Shown piece after piece: positions 40,742-62,431 of a DNA stretch of 64,000 nucleotides. Each line of letters starts with the position of its first letter. Within the stretch, counting starts at the first letter, position 1. A model generated the notes under the pieces. It worked only from the letters and a program-made list of their open reading frames with translations, ran no database searches and was not told the origin of the DNA. The position numbers and the translations under genes are program-made. Source of the stretch: Chrysomallon squamiferum (Eukaryota; Animalia; Mollusca); assembly GCA_012295275.1 (NCBI GenBank), contig CM022673.1, positions 15,624,001-15,688,000 of the forward strand, written 5' to 3'.

Positions 40742-41390
40742 CTTGTCTCTGGATACAAAGTTAACCTGTATTTCTTTATAAATAATGAATCTGCATTGGC
40801 GACAGACTGCTAGACACGCAGCAGACTAATATAAACCAACTAAGTGACATACAGACAAACAGATGGTGAAAGAAATACTTATCAACGCAAAAATATGTGG
40901 CATGTAGGGAAGGCGTGACGTCGTGCACACTTCGGTCGTAAACAAAACACTGACGACGTCTCTCCGCATCCCTCGGTATCGCTGTACTGCGTGTGTAAGA
41001 ATTTTTATAGCCATCTAATACAGGCTGTAATGACCAAACAAAATATAATTGAAAATGCCTGTACTGATTAGAAAAACCTCACACAAACATTGCGCGTTAC
41101 CTGATATTTCACGTAACGGAGACGTCACCATTAAGACGTATCATGTGAGTGGATAAAATAAGGGCGTGGTCATCGTTGTATTGCGAAACCAGATAGGATC
41201 TGTTGAATAAGAGATTATCGGTAATTGATGACGTTTGACGTCGACGTCGTGTCGAGTAAATTAACACCAGAGAATGCACGTGGTCGGCAGATATCGTCAC
41301 AAACATATGATGTGGAGTTCGTGTTATTATTGTGTGTGTGTGTGATTCATAGACGTTGTGAGAACCCGAGAGACGTGACTGCAGTCATTA

Positions 41391-41723
<333 letters not shown>

Positions 41724-42465
41724 TCTTTAATAGAATAAACACAAAAACAATATATTGAGAGAAGAAACTAAGAAAAGAATTGCGAGATAGAAAACACAAT
41801 AATAAAAATCAAACCATGAAGATAGACACGGAAGAAGACATTGTGAACACGCAGATAAAGAAAAAAAAAAAAAAAGAAAAGAAAGTAAAACCTAAAGTCA
41901 CAGATAGGGATCGCTGAACTGTCTTTTTTTAATTAAAGTTGTTTATCTTCGGATGGCATATGTGTGTAGTGGAATGTGTCGCCAGCTCTACAAAAGCTCT
42001 TGACTGAACGTAAACTTGTAACCGTATACAGATCGTTACTTTCATTTTACTTCATTAATTTTCTTATACATATATATTTTTTTTTTTTTTTGTCGATGAT
42101 GGTGGGGATCGCTCTAAGACCTTTCGGGTCCGTTCACCCAAGAAACAAGTTAAGACGAGGACTTAAATAACACACAAAAGAAGTAAGTATCAAATTATAT
42201 TGTTAGATGAGCATTGTTTGGGGACTACTGCTTTTCAAGTAGATGTATCGACGCATTGTTTGGAGTCGACTGGTACAGGCACCCCAGAGCCAAGCATAAA
42301 TCACATGACCTTGTGTTTAATAATTGACGTATTATATTGGGAGCGAATCCAGACGAAGCTTCCTATGGAGATAAAGATAAATAAAATAAAAAATAAAAAA
42401 AATATTTTTAAATTTAAAAAGAAACTGACGCATGCTGGACAGTCGAACGATCACTAGCGAGCACA

Positions 42466-42501
42466 AGGTCGGTGACCTCTACAGTAAAGGTCAGTTGACC
42501 T
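42466..42501. promoter_or_regulatory. Cluster of four nuclear-receptor half-sites (IR1-like + IR2)
   Basis: AGGTCG-G-TGACCT (42466-42478) and AGGTCA-GT-TGACCT (42488-42501). Confidence 0.45.
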
Positions 42502-42895
42502 GTGAGTGGAATACGAAAATGTTTTATTACGCTTGGATCGTATTTGTATATAAGTGTTTTGGTGAATAATATTCTCCATCGAATGTCGTATTATATCACT
42601 TACAGTACGTTAGGTGAAAATTTATTTCATTTAACACTAATATCATTATTTGTCTCGAGTTATTTCAAGTAAACATTTTATCATACAGTCTTTAAAGAAC
42701 AATTTTATAGCTTGGATATTTTCAGATATATGTATATTGCCATACTCAGCACTGAAAAAAAATGATGTTGGAGTCACAGAGCATTGGCTTAAGTGATTAT
42801 GCATGTCCATGTTGTTCTTTTTCTTATTATACACATTGCTTGTTATTTGGCTTCTTTTTCTCTTCTTTTTGGAGGGGTCATTGTTTATATATATA

Positions 42896-42926
<31 letters not shown>

Positions 42927-43485
42927 GTGTGTGTGTTTATATATATATATTCAACTGTTTTTATGAGATTAAGTGGCAGGTAAAATAGAACAAAAAAAAC
43001 AAACAAATAAAAGCAAACAAAATAATAAATAAATAAATAAATAAAAGCATGAAAAAAATGAAAGAAAGAGATAGGTAACATAACAAATTAGAAAATAGAC
43101 TAATACAATATCATTACATAAATTAAAAACAGAAACTGAATATACTAATACATAATTTAAGGAAATGAATATTGATTTATCTGTTATATTTCAAACATGT
43201 GTCTTCTGATGTTCTAGTTTTAAGTCTGTGTCATGTTGTAATGAAGACAGGGCTGTATATCACAACTAGGTGTTGTGAAAAAGACAGACTAGTAATCCTG
43301 CTGTGAAATGACCCCTGTGATGTATACTCCGTTCTTTGTCGTGATGTATTTTATTTCCCCTGTATTTACAACAAAGCCTGCAAAAATACGTGTAGGTGAA
43401 GCCCAGGGATTTAACGTGAAAAATTGTATTAAAATCTAAACAAAATTCCATTAGTTTCTTCTTCTATTTTTATAATTATTTTATT

Positions 43486-43524
<39 letters not shown>

Positions 43525-43654
43525 TTTTTTAGTGTTTATTATTATTACTACTATTATTATTATTATTATTTTTTTTTTTTTTTTTTTTTTTGGCTGGGGT
43601 TGTTTTTTGTTTTGTTTTTCTGGGGACGTTTTTAATGAATTTTATATTAGAGTA

Positions 43655-43716
<62 letters not shown>

Positions 43717-44558
43717 CATCATTATTATTATTTATTTATTTATTTATTTACATTTTTGTTTACATTATTATTTATTATTTATTATTATTATTTATTATTT
43801 ATTGTTTTGTCCATTGTTTGCAACGTCAGAGGTTCGGAATCCTGTAATAAATTGTATTGCTGAAATAAACACCCTGAAGTTTAGATTTTGACTTTTACAT
43901 ATCTGGCTATGGTCGTAAAAAGCAAACATACACTGGCTGTAAATCATAGAGATTGATGTCATTGAAAAGCCAATATCCTCCATTCTGAAATGACACACCA
44001 GCTCTGAACTGTACCAGTTGGAATGTAATCAGTTTATAACAGCCAACACAGAGCAGCGTCAACGAATACACTGTGATTTTAAATGGATTATAACAGGAAC
44101 TACCCATTTATTGAAAACGTAAAAATAAAAAACATATTATACTGACAACATTACTTAGCATAAAATAATTAAGTCTTTATTTTATTTTATTTATCTATTT
44201 TTATTTTTTTAAATAATTTTTAGCGTATATTTCAGTGAGAAATGTCTTATGTTTTGAAATCCACTTTTTCTTCTTTTCTTTAATGACACAAAAACGAAAT
44301 AAAATTTACATAAATTTAAAAGTTGAACCTTTTTTTTAAAAATCCATAAATAATAAATAAATAAATAAATAAATAATAAGAAGAAGAAGAAGAAAAAGAA
44401 CAACAACAACAACAATAATAAATAAACAAGTAAATGTTTTCTTTTTTCTTTCATCCATTCTTTCTTTTTTTCCCATCATTCAATAAACTCATTCGTTTTC
44501 CTTTTATTAATTTTTTTGTATTGTTTATTTGTTGTTGTTGCTATTATTGTTGTTGTTG

Positions 44559-44626
<68 letters not shown>

Positions 44627-45520
44627 TATGAAAAAACAAAACAAACAAAAAAACAGTCTCTCAAATCTACGCACTCCTTTATTTTCCTTTATTTTTCTTT
44701 TAATTCATTCGTTCATTCTCCTTTTCTTTCTCTGACTCATAGTATTCGTTCTTCAGTATATCTCTACCCGTAAAGGTTTTCTCAATGACAACGTAAGTGT
44801 CACTAATATAAAACATACCCGTCTAGAGTTGCACGTTTAAAAAGTGTTTTCACTTATTCTCATTCTATTACTAAAACAAAAGTTATTGTCGTCAATGAAA
44901 CTGTCGCAGTGTTACCCAGCATAACCACTTTCGCGTGTTTGCTTCTATTGGTTTACAGAGCAGACAATAAGTAAGCTTCGCATTGTTAAGTTTATGACTT
45001 AGGTGGAGCGTCGTACAACGATTACCTTACAGAATCATAATGTTATACGTGATAAGACAATCCGTTAAACTGTACATTTATATGGACGAAATCTTGCAGG
45101 TGTTTGTACTGAAATTAGAAGTGTTATTTTTACTTATTCTTATATTTAAATTCTTTGTTTTTCGGGGGTGAGGGGGTGTTTGTTTTTATATTTTACCTTG
45201 ATTAATTTTATTACTACGAATTCTTCTTTATTATTATTTTTATTTTATTTCATTTTATTGTTATTTTATTTATTTATTTAGGATTGTTTATAATAATAAT
45301 AATAATAGCAACAACAACAACAACAACAGTAGAAGTAGTAGTAGTAGTAGTAGTAGTACTAGTAGTAGAAGTACCAGTACTGTTTCTAGTAGCAGTAATA
45401 AACAATAATAAAAATATTAACAAAAACAACAACGACATCAACATCAACAATAAACAATGATAAACCCAGCTTGTCTTTTTTTCTCTAATAACGTTTCTAG
45501 GTTTGTTGATTCCCCCCCCC

Positions 45521-45566
<46 letters not shown>

Positions 45567-46279
45567 AGCTATTTTATCTTCTGTTTTAATTCAGTTTGTA
45601 TTTCTAATATTACCCTCAGAGCGGATAGCCTTTAATCCACATGGATACTGTTGCCTTTCTGTTAATCAACATAGTTACTGCAGACAACAATTAGATTAAT
45701 CCACGTTAATCCTTAAAACTGCGTGTTAATATCAGGTGATATCGCTGCTAAATCAAGGAATTTGTCCTGGTTTAATCCTTTATTCTAATATTTGTTATTA
45801 ATTTACTATTCTTTTTGTCACTTATTTGAAACAAGAAAATATTTATTTCTCCTCACGTGTCATATGCATAAAAATAATATGTTTGTAAATAAACGTGTAG
45901 GAGTTTAGCTTATTATATATGAAATACATGCGAATCCCCCTTCAAGTCCATTTTCCTCAGCTGGCTAGGAAATATGTTTTCAGATGCTTGTGTAATACAT
46001 ATCGTCTTAACCTGTAACACTAAATAAATGGCGTCATTGACATTCACAATTTATTCATAGATTACTTTTAAAACCATTATCTACATTTTAATCTCAGTCT
46101 TTAATTAAAAGAAGGATATCAAGTGTTAAGGCCAGACTTATAAAAATGTTATAAACAATAGATACAATGCACGTATCTGCGAACTATTTGCACAATAATA
46201 CTCAATCTTGTTAGTCTCGGTAACGGAAATTAATGAAGATTTATTTTCCAACTGGATATTTTCTGATAATCTCCCCTTG

Positions 46280-46400
46280 CAGCGTGGATACATGACGTCA
46301 GGCGTAGATTCAGTTCTTATCAGCAAGTTTCCAGACTGGGTGGTAAAGTCTGACGTGTCAAACGAACACATGCGAAAAGGCCGCCATTTTCAGTTGTATT
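46280..46400 (+). promoter_or_regulatory. Candidate core promoter of a divergent plus-strand gene
   Basis: TGACGTCA 46293-46300, TGACGTG 46351-46357, YY1-type GCCGCCATTTT 46380-46390, Inr-type TCAGTT 46390-46395, in a locally CpG-richer island. Confidence 0.5.
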
Positions 46401-46594
46401 TGTTGCCACAAGTTTTTCTTTTTCTTTATCTTCTATTTTTTCCCCTCTTATATTCCGTTCTTTAGAATCGTTTATTTAATTTTCGTCAAGTGCTTGGCTC
46501 TTCGGACCAAACCCTTACCCCGGTCACGATGTTTTTAGCTATTTGGGGACAAGATAACACTATTTACTGACCAGGCAGGGAGGTCTTTTCTACA

Positions 46595-46620
46595 ATGGAC
46601 TACAGATCTTACGAACACCG
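46595..46620 (+). CDS. Candidate first coding exon of an unidentified gene (MDYRSYEH(R))
   Basis: acaATGg in good context ~200 nt downstream of the Inr-like motif, followed by donor CCG|GTAAGC. No confident downstream exon or family match. Confidence 0.35.
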
Positions 46621-47033
46621 GTAAGCACGTCTCGCAGATTCTCACCCACACGAGATATTTCGCAGTTTGCGGCACAATAAAGCCGATACCCGTATAAATA
46701 AAACTGTCCACGTTAAAATGAAAAATAAATCTATCGGTAACTTGTAGCCTTAATTAACCACGTGGTCGAGATCAAAGGTAACCGCGTGCACGTGACCTCG
46801 AAGTTTCAGTAAGAGACTACAAATTACTTAGCTCACATAAATATGTTAATGCACAATTTTCACGAGGATTTTCTTGTACTTGATTTTAATAAAGATCAAA
46901 ATTAGCTTTGATTTGCAGTCATTTTAAAAGCTTTCTACCGTTCCATTCGATATTTTCCTACAACAATAACAACACCATATATCCACTACCACCACTAGCA
47001 ACATCAACAACAACTAAACAACAACAACAACAC

Positions 47034-47071
<38 letters not shown>

Positions 47072-47651
47072 TAAACATATCTAGAAATTTTATTTTATCA
47101 CAATTATGCAGCTTGTAGTAAATGGTTATTTCCTCCATTCAGGTGCTCCCACGTAAAGCTATCGCTATCACTCAGCTCCAGTGCTGATCATCGCGATGTT
47201 GCGTCTGGTTTTAATTCACGGAATTACATCTTCACATGAACACGACATTCTAACTTAATAAACACCAGTACTCGGCTGGGAACTGCTAACTGTATGTCTT
47301 TGAAGCAAGTGTGAGCTTAATTAAGTTTGCAAGTGTAAACTGTCTAGAGTCCTCTTCTTCTTCCGTTTTTGTTTTTTTCTTTTATTCCAACTTCGTCTAC
47401 TTTTTCTATATATAACTAAATTGTCGAAGCATACTGAATCACCTTTCCAGATTTACATGCTGACACGAGATTGGCAAAAATGTTTCAAAATAATGGGAAA
47501 TACTTCACGCCATTTTAAAGTTTACCCAGTAACGGGAGGGGGCTGATTTGTAGGAATGTAATGAAACGATGTTCCGGTTTTATGATAATTAAATTTCTGG
47601 CCAAGGGTGGGGATGTACACTCACACACAAGGGTGGGGATGTACACACACA

Positions 47652-47758
<107 letters not shown>

Positions 47759-49686
47759 AAATTCAGAAGAAGTGGAAAATTAACATTGCATACCTGTGTG
47801 AAATACATTGCACATTTGTATGCGATTTGGTATGCACGAGTATTTGTGTATATGATGTCAGTATGAGCATCTGTGTAGATATAATATATCCTAACTGACT
47901 GGTCAAATCGATACATGCGCATGAATTCAAGAAGAGACGAAAGGTCATTTCTCAGTGATTAATTGGCTGGTTTTGTGTTTGAGAAAAGAGAGACAAAAAA
48001 TAAGCTGTGAGTATTTAAGTAGCTGTGGTAGAATGCAATATTTGTCAACATGGGAAACTTATCCATCCATCTTCTCTGTGTAGTGTGGACTTTTTGTTGT
48101 TATATTGTATGTACAAATAACTCGGGAGAATGTGAAATTTGACATTGGAGTTCGTAGAAATAATCTTGTTAATAGCCACAGACCTCGTTATTAAGTTGAG
48201 TTTACATTAGAATTAAAAAATATAGTTAAAGTGTTAAACTGATAAATAACGAAGGTTTTTCAGTGTCATAAAAGTAAAGAATGCAAGAATGAGTATATCA
48301 GTTTCAAAGATTCTGTATTTTTCAGTCAGTGGTGTTTTTCTTACATATTTCTATGTAAAGGGTGACGTCATAAGTAGTAAAAAGGATATTTACTAACTGA
48401 TGATGAAAGTAAATTATTCGACAGTCGCTGTGCCTGTTAGTCCGTGAGGTTTATTTTCGCACGGCTTGAAAAACAAACAAATTTCGCGTCATTTTTGATC
48501 ATATAATGAATGTTATTGTACTGTTTATGTTTTTATAATTACGATCCCTTCTGAAACACATTAAGGAAGTTTAATTATTATTTCCTAATAATATTTTTAT
48601 ATAAAAAGTGATGTGCTAACATATAAAAAATGAAAATGGCCGTATCCGTGAATCTTCTATGACTGGTTATTGTCACTGTCATTTAGTTTTGCAACACACT
48701 GATAACAACCATGAATAACCCAAGAGAGCGAATTTTAGAAAGACTAAGTGCGAAATACACCTAAGGTCTGCATGAAAGGAACAGGACTGATTTACTAAGA
48801 GAAACGTGAAAAATAACTTCAAAGATTAAATGTAATGTTCTTACCCTAGACCACAGGAATTACTAGACCATACTTACTTCTTAAAACTGAAACAATAATT
48901 TATTTAGATGAATATGAATATTTAAATAACACATTCAGTTAGTACGATCCAAAATGTCACCATATTATAGATTTTAAAAAATAATAACAATAAAAGCGAA
49001 AGATTTATTTATGATATTACTGAATACGCATTTGGTTCAGAATAAACAGTTATTAATCAGCTACTTATATATTTTTTCAGCCTGGATTATTGTGATTTAA
49101 ACTTGTGCGACTGTTTGATCGTAAGAATTATAGAGGTAACTGCTAATTCATTCCTAACGGCGTGATCCATATTTAAACGCGGTGCTTTAAGAATGGGCGT
49201 GTAAAATTCAAAAGCTAGCACATAACGTCTGCAATTGGCAGTCGTAGGTATAATAACATTAAATTCACCACCTGCCTGGCGTTTTATCTTGCCAAAAAGA
49301 AGCGCTTTCAGCGTTTAGATCCAAAACAGTTACTGAAAACAGCGCAGCACAAAATGGCGGAAGGTATAAATTAGACCGATAGCAAAGCACGTTGCGCCAC
49401 TTCACTGGCATTTATAGCAAGACCAAGAGACGTGAACCCGTCTATCTCCGTGCACATCTCCGCCACGAACAAACAAGCTGACAAACTGCAGTTTCTATTT
49501 GTCAAATGGCTGCAGAAAAGCGAGAAAAGAAAAAGAAAAAAACAAGGAAGAAGATAGTAAAGTTAATTAACTACTAATTTATTAGGTACGTTCTTGCCAA
49601 ACTGAGGTACTCTGGAGTTCGTTAATGAAATTAGTTGTTCTGTCGTTATTTACGAATAATTATAACTTCCGGTTTTCTGATCTTAT

Positions 49687-49726
<40 letters not shown>

Positions 49727-49854
49727 TTTATGACACAAGAAATTTATTATTTAAACACAATTTTGTTATTGTTAATTTAAGTAATCTAAACGGAATACAA
49801 AACTGTTTATGTTATATCATTTTTGTAGTTAAAACGTTTTAATCTACAACATAA

Positions 49855-50530
49855 TAATATTATTCAGTAATCTATATCTTAGCACCACTGTTCACTAGCT
49901 TCTTATAACAATATTCACTAGTTTACGTCTCGTAACAATATTCACTCTTCTACATTATGTCACCATTATCAGATAGTCCATATTTTATTTTATTTATTCA
50001 CCAATCGACAGTCTACAACCATTGCCATTACCTTACTTCTTATACCATTTTTAACTAATCTGCATGTTGCCATTATTATTCATTAAATTACATCTTACCA
50101 CAACCATTCACTTTTCTAATTCTTACTAATGTTATTCATCATTCTACATCTTACACGTATTATTATCTATACATCTGAGACTGTTATTGAATATTCTTCA
50201 TCTTACTACTGTTATTGACTATTCTACATCTTACTACTGTTATTCACTATTCTACATCATACTGCTGTTTTTCACTATTCTATATTTTATTATTGTTATT
50301 CACTATTCTACATCTTTCTAATATTATTCACCATTCTACATCTTACTATTGTTATTCACTATTCTACATCATACTACTGTTATTCACCATTCTATGTTTT
50401 GCTGTTTTTATACACATTACCACTTTCATTCACTCCCTTATCTTACCACCATTAATCACTAATCTGTAGGTTACGATCGTTAGGAACTAATTCTTATCTT
50501 ACAACCACCATCCATTAATATACATCTTCA
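49855..50530. repeat. Degenerate ~28-bp minisatellite
   Basis: Unit ATTCTACATCTTACTACTGTTATTCACT, best conserved at 50200-50400 and decaying to both sides. Confidence 0.85.
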
Positions 50531-52041
50531 CACCTTTCTCCGAAAAGTTCTAATATATAATTGATAAGATTAATTTTAGTTTCAAACAATCTTGACTTCA
50601 GCTTATTCAGTTAAATCGGAAATTAAAATACCTTTTTTTTTTTTTTTTTTTTTTTAAAGTTTCATATTTCTTTTTCCAAATTAAATCTTAGTACGGATAA
50701 TAAGTGAAATAATGAATTGTGACGTTTCCCACAAAGTGAAAATAAAAAATCAGGTTAATAGACGTAATTTAAGTTTATCCCGCTTCCATTTTGTCGAATT
50801 TAAAATAGCTACAGCAAAGATAGATTGCTTTGACCGCTTTTACAATCATCAATCTGTAAGAATTAAAAATGGGATTTTTTTCGGTTCATTGCCATGGAGA
50901 AATCAACTGAAATTTGATGAAAATTAAGGCTTCAAGGTCCCTAACCCGAAAGGGAACCTAAAAGCGATTTTAGTCACCATTGCTTAATTTTATTTAGGTC
51001 TAACATAGTGGTTTGGTCATTGCTAAATAGAATGGGAAAATTTTAAGGGTGATTAGCTTTGGTACTTTAGCTTAGTCTGGTAATATGCAGCATAGAATCA
51101 GGAGTTATAAATTATGTATCTTCTGAATTTGTGGTGATCTGTTATGGAACAACGCCACTGTAAAAGATAACAGTGATCGCTAAGAGCCCCAAAACGTTAG
51201 GTGCGCAAAACTGAGCTTTACCCAAACATAATTAAAATATAATTTATCCACCATAAACGGAGACATATGGTTTGACTCGAGAGCAAAAGGCCTATACGGT
51301 CAATCACTAGGATTTAATTATTGATATCAGTTATGATATTTAGTATTTATTGATATCATAGATTGTCGATATCTCAATGGCTCATTTATTGAGTGCGCAA
51401 AAAACATGAATACTCTGAATCAAAAGCCATGGTATCTAGTGTCAGACCTATGGGAACATGTGTATACATTACTCCTTACTGCTACAAAATGAAAGTGTAG
51501 AAGATTTCGTTTAAACCTATATATAAAAATTAAGATAACTCATGAATGAAAATTAATCACCATCATCATAATCATCTTCTTCTCCTTCTTCGTCTTCTTC
51601 TTCATTTTCTTTTTTTATTTTCTTTTCATACCGTTTAACCGTGTCTAGACATCAAACATTACATCTTTTCAAAACTGTACTTCCCACAGAGCTGCGGTTT
51701 CAACTACTGATAAATTTGTAGGCAGCAGTGTAATATCTCATTTATGTTTCTTTTCTTTTCAACACGATGACCAGCCGCCAGAGAGACACCAGGCAGAGAA
51801 ACGTTTTAATCACGGTTCTAAATTCGTATTCATTTTATTAGACACCTTGACTTCTGTTAAAACCCTGAATTGATTGGTTCCACAAATAACTTGGTTTGTA
51901 GAGATAAGTAAACAACTGATGTATCCAAACCACTGATATAATTAAAGATTCTATATATATTAATTATATTTTTTTTACTGTTTGATATTGCACGAGAGTT
52001 CGTCTGTTTAAGTGTCTTATTTACACAAATGGTACATTTCT

Positions 52042-58501
<6,460 letters not shown>

Positions 58502-61500
58502 AGTAAAAAAAAAGCTAAAAAGAGGAGCAGATACATAATCAGAGAAAATAAAGAATGGAAAGAAAGAAGAAAAAAGAATTAAAAAAATATTTATATATAT
58601 ATAAAGAAGAAACAGCGTAAGATAAAAAGAACCAATGAATGAAGACAGGAAGAAAAGACAGAAAAAAGTAGGACAAATAGATTAAAGGATGAAGGTACTA
58701 AAACACAAATTTAAAAAGAGTTAAATACATTAAATAACACAATGATAATATAAAATAATTTGTAGGAAATTGAAATATATGTCGAAGAAATACCAAATAA
58801 AATAAATAAATAAATAAATAAATAAAACAAGATAATATACACACAAGAAAACTAAATAAAAATAAAATAATTAAAATAAAATAAAATAAAATAAAATAAA
58901 TAATCCTGTTTCAAAACCATTTAATCATTTCCCTTCGCGAATACCTTAACGAAACCACAACAGTGAATAACGCCTTACATACCGCAATATTCAGTTATTA
59001 AATCAGTTTTAATCAAACAAAATAATATATATTTACTAATAATTCATAAACAGAACAGTAAATTTATAATATATATATGTATATATATATTAACTACACA
59101 CAAAGAAGCGTGTAAAATATACAGTGAAATTTTATCTGGGATGGGAATCACAAAATGGGGCATTTTGGGCGTTGCATAATGTTTCAGCTGATGCCAGGGA
59201 AAGTCATTTAATAATGACAAACTACCGGTCTGTGTGCAGCCGAAGGTCTGGTTCTTCTGTAAATCATTTGCTTGAATGGCCTTTTTTTTTTCTCACTTCG
59301 TATTTTCTTTTTCTTTTTTTTTTTTTTTTTTTTTCTCTCTCTTTTTAAAAAAAAAATATTTTTAAAGTATGTAATGTATAACTCTTGTTGTATTGTGTGG
59401 AAAAGGAAAGTGGTTACGAAATGGAATTTCCTGGATGAAAAATATTGTGCCCCATTTATTTATTTATTTTGTTTGTTTGTTTGTTTGTTTTTTTGTTTTT
59501 TGTTTTTTTTTGTTTTTTATTTATTATAATTTTTTTTTTTTTAATTATTTTATTTATTTATTTTTTTTTTTTTTTATTATTATTTTTTTTTATTTTCTTT
59601 TTTTTTTTTTTTTTTTTTGTGTGTGTTGTTATTTTATTTATTGGTTTATTAAATGATTTTATGTACGTGTCTGTGTCTCTATGAGATTTTAAATACATGT
59701 ATTTATTTTATTATTTATTTATTTGTTTATTTTCTTCATTTCTCCTTTCATAAATAACTGTTCATTAATATTTTTATGTCACATTTTTATTATCTTCTTT
59801 TTGCCCCTTTTGTGAAATATAAAGAAATAACATCAAAAAAAAAAAAAAAAATTGCCGCAGAGAAAACAAGATGACATAAGAAAAAAGAAACGGTATTTCC
59901 AGAAAAACAGCAACCAGATTAGCCTGGTGTTGATATGATATAGTGTTATCGTTATAATGTGTTTAACGTGAAGGGCCGCAAAAGGCACAAAAGGAGAACA
60001 TGAAAAAATGTCATTCCTTACGGAGAAAAAATAAATAAATAAAAATGTAGCGATAGTATTTTACATTATTCGAAAAATTACTAAATTTTTTTCTACGTAT
60101 AATAATAATAGTTTATAAATAAAGAAAGAAAGAAAAAAAAAAAGAAAAAATAGATAATATATATAATTATAGAGTATATATTTACAATACATTATAAAAT
60201 ATTTATGGATCTGAATTCTTTAACTCCTTTCATTCATCCATACATCCATCACTTTGTCTGCCTATCTGTCTATCTGTCTATCCATTTAAATTTCCATTTC
60301 TCTTTGTCTATCTATCTGTCTGTTTGCCTGTCTCTCTGTCTATCCATCTCTCTGTCTATAAACAACACATTATGGGTATGTTTTACGAGACAAATAATCT
60401 TATTATTTAAAAATCTGCTACTTTCACATTTATCTAAAGTTCAACAAATATGGCGGGCTACAGTGTCATTTGCAGATGGGGATGAAATTTGTGTCATGCA
60501 AGGAGACGCAAAGCCGGACAAACATAGAGACACGGACCGGAACTCCTTGTCCAAACACTATTTGCATATTGAAACCATGTTAAGAATGATATTCTTAAAT
60601 CTGGTTTCTTTAATAACCGTTAACTTCATGAAAATATAGTTTTAGAAAGATGTAGAAGAAATCGAAATAAAAATGAATATATAAATAAAAAATAGCTAAG
60701 AGAAATAGAGAAAGAATGAAAAAGTAAATGAATGAAAGAAAGAAAGAAATAAAAGAAATGAAAGATTGAAAAAATAAATAAGTAAAACGAAAATATATTC
60801 CATTTTTATTTTTTAAAACATAAGGTGACGTAAGCTAAATTAAAAAAAGGCAAGAAATAGGAGAGAAAAAAGCAACCAAACAAAATTGAACCAAAAAAAA
60901 AAAATATATATATAATAATAAAATAAAATAAAGAAAGAAAGTATGTAATAAAATAAGAACAATTTATTGTTGTTGTTTTTTTGTTGTAAAATGTAATGGC
61001 TATTTAAGATGCATTCAAATGACTGAAATGTACAAAAACATTATATTTTATTTGCTACCTATCAATGTTTATTGTGACAAAATGTTTTAGTTCTGTCGTT
61101 ATCGTTATGTTTCCACTTTTAAGGATTGAATTTGACACAAAGCTCACACACAACATAAAACAGTAATAAAATAAAATAGTAACAAATAAAATGAAATAAT
61201 AACAAAATAAAATAAAACAAAGGTAAAAAAGTAAATATATATATATATATACACACATATATATACATACATACATATACGTACACACATACTCAAACAT
61301 ACATATATGCACACACACACACACACAGACACACACACACACACACATTTTAATATAATATGTATGTAAGTATGTTTGGCTGTATGTATGTATGTATGAC
61401 TTTATGTATGTATGAATGAATGAATGAATGTATGTATATATGTATGTATGTATGAATGTATGTATGTATGGATGGATGGATGCATGTGTATATGTGTGTG

Positions 61501-62211
61501 TGTGTGTGTCTCTGTATGTGTGTAATTGTAGGTTTGTATAATGGACATGTGATACAGATGATACATCATTTTAACTGTTTTCGGGCAATAACATTTTAAT
61601 TTCTTTGCATTTTTAATTAAAAAAATATATATATATAAAAAAAGACAAAAGAAGAAACCTAATTTAATTTTTTTTATTGTTTGAGAAACTCAACTGAAGA
61701 AGCATTTAGTTCCTCTTTTCACAAAAGTGGGTATTCTGCACTCACTGGTAGTCCATAACTACAGCTTTGTGATGACAAACCTCGTTAGCTCTAAAATTAC
61801 TGACATCCAAGAGCAAAAGACCACTGCATCTTAACTGATGGTTTCATTTTTCTCTCTTTTCTTTCAGTTTTTTTTTTTAAAGTAATAAAATAATTATTTG
61901 TAATTCCCTTATATATATATAATACAGACCTAATTCCTCAAATTCCATTTTTCTAATATACGAAGGAAATCCATTAATAAAAAGAAAAATTTACTGAGAT
62001 AAAACAAAACCATTTTTCAGCAACAGTTTACTGTCACAAATACTGGTCATTATTCTCAATAAATAAAAAGTATCAAGTTTTATCTTGACTTTGAATATAT
62101 CAAAATTTATCTTGATTTTCTAGTTTGACATCTCCATTTCATTTATTCAGTTTACATTATGTAATAGAGAAGTGCAGAGTTTTGATTGTTCAAGACGAAA
62201 TTTAGTTAGAT

Positions 62212-62309
<98 letters not shown>

Positions 62310-62370
62310 CAGAGAAAGATTTAGAAACAAACATACAGAGAGACTGACAAACAGACACACGCACATATAC

Positions 62371-62431
<61 letters not shown>

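Noticed and set aside
60448-60510. 16-nt match CAGTGTCATTTGCAGA to exon 3, reading YGGLQCHLQMG on the plus strand, as a possible TY paralogue
   Set aside because: No upstream PxC-DG, no CWCV and no donor site; treated as coincidence.
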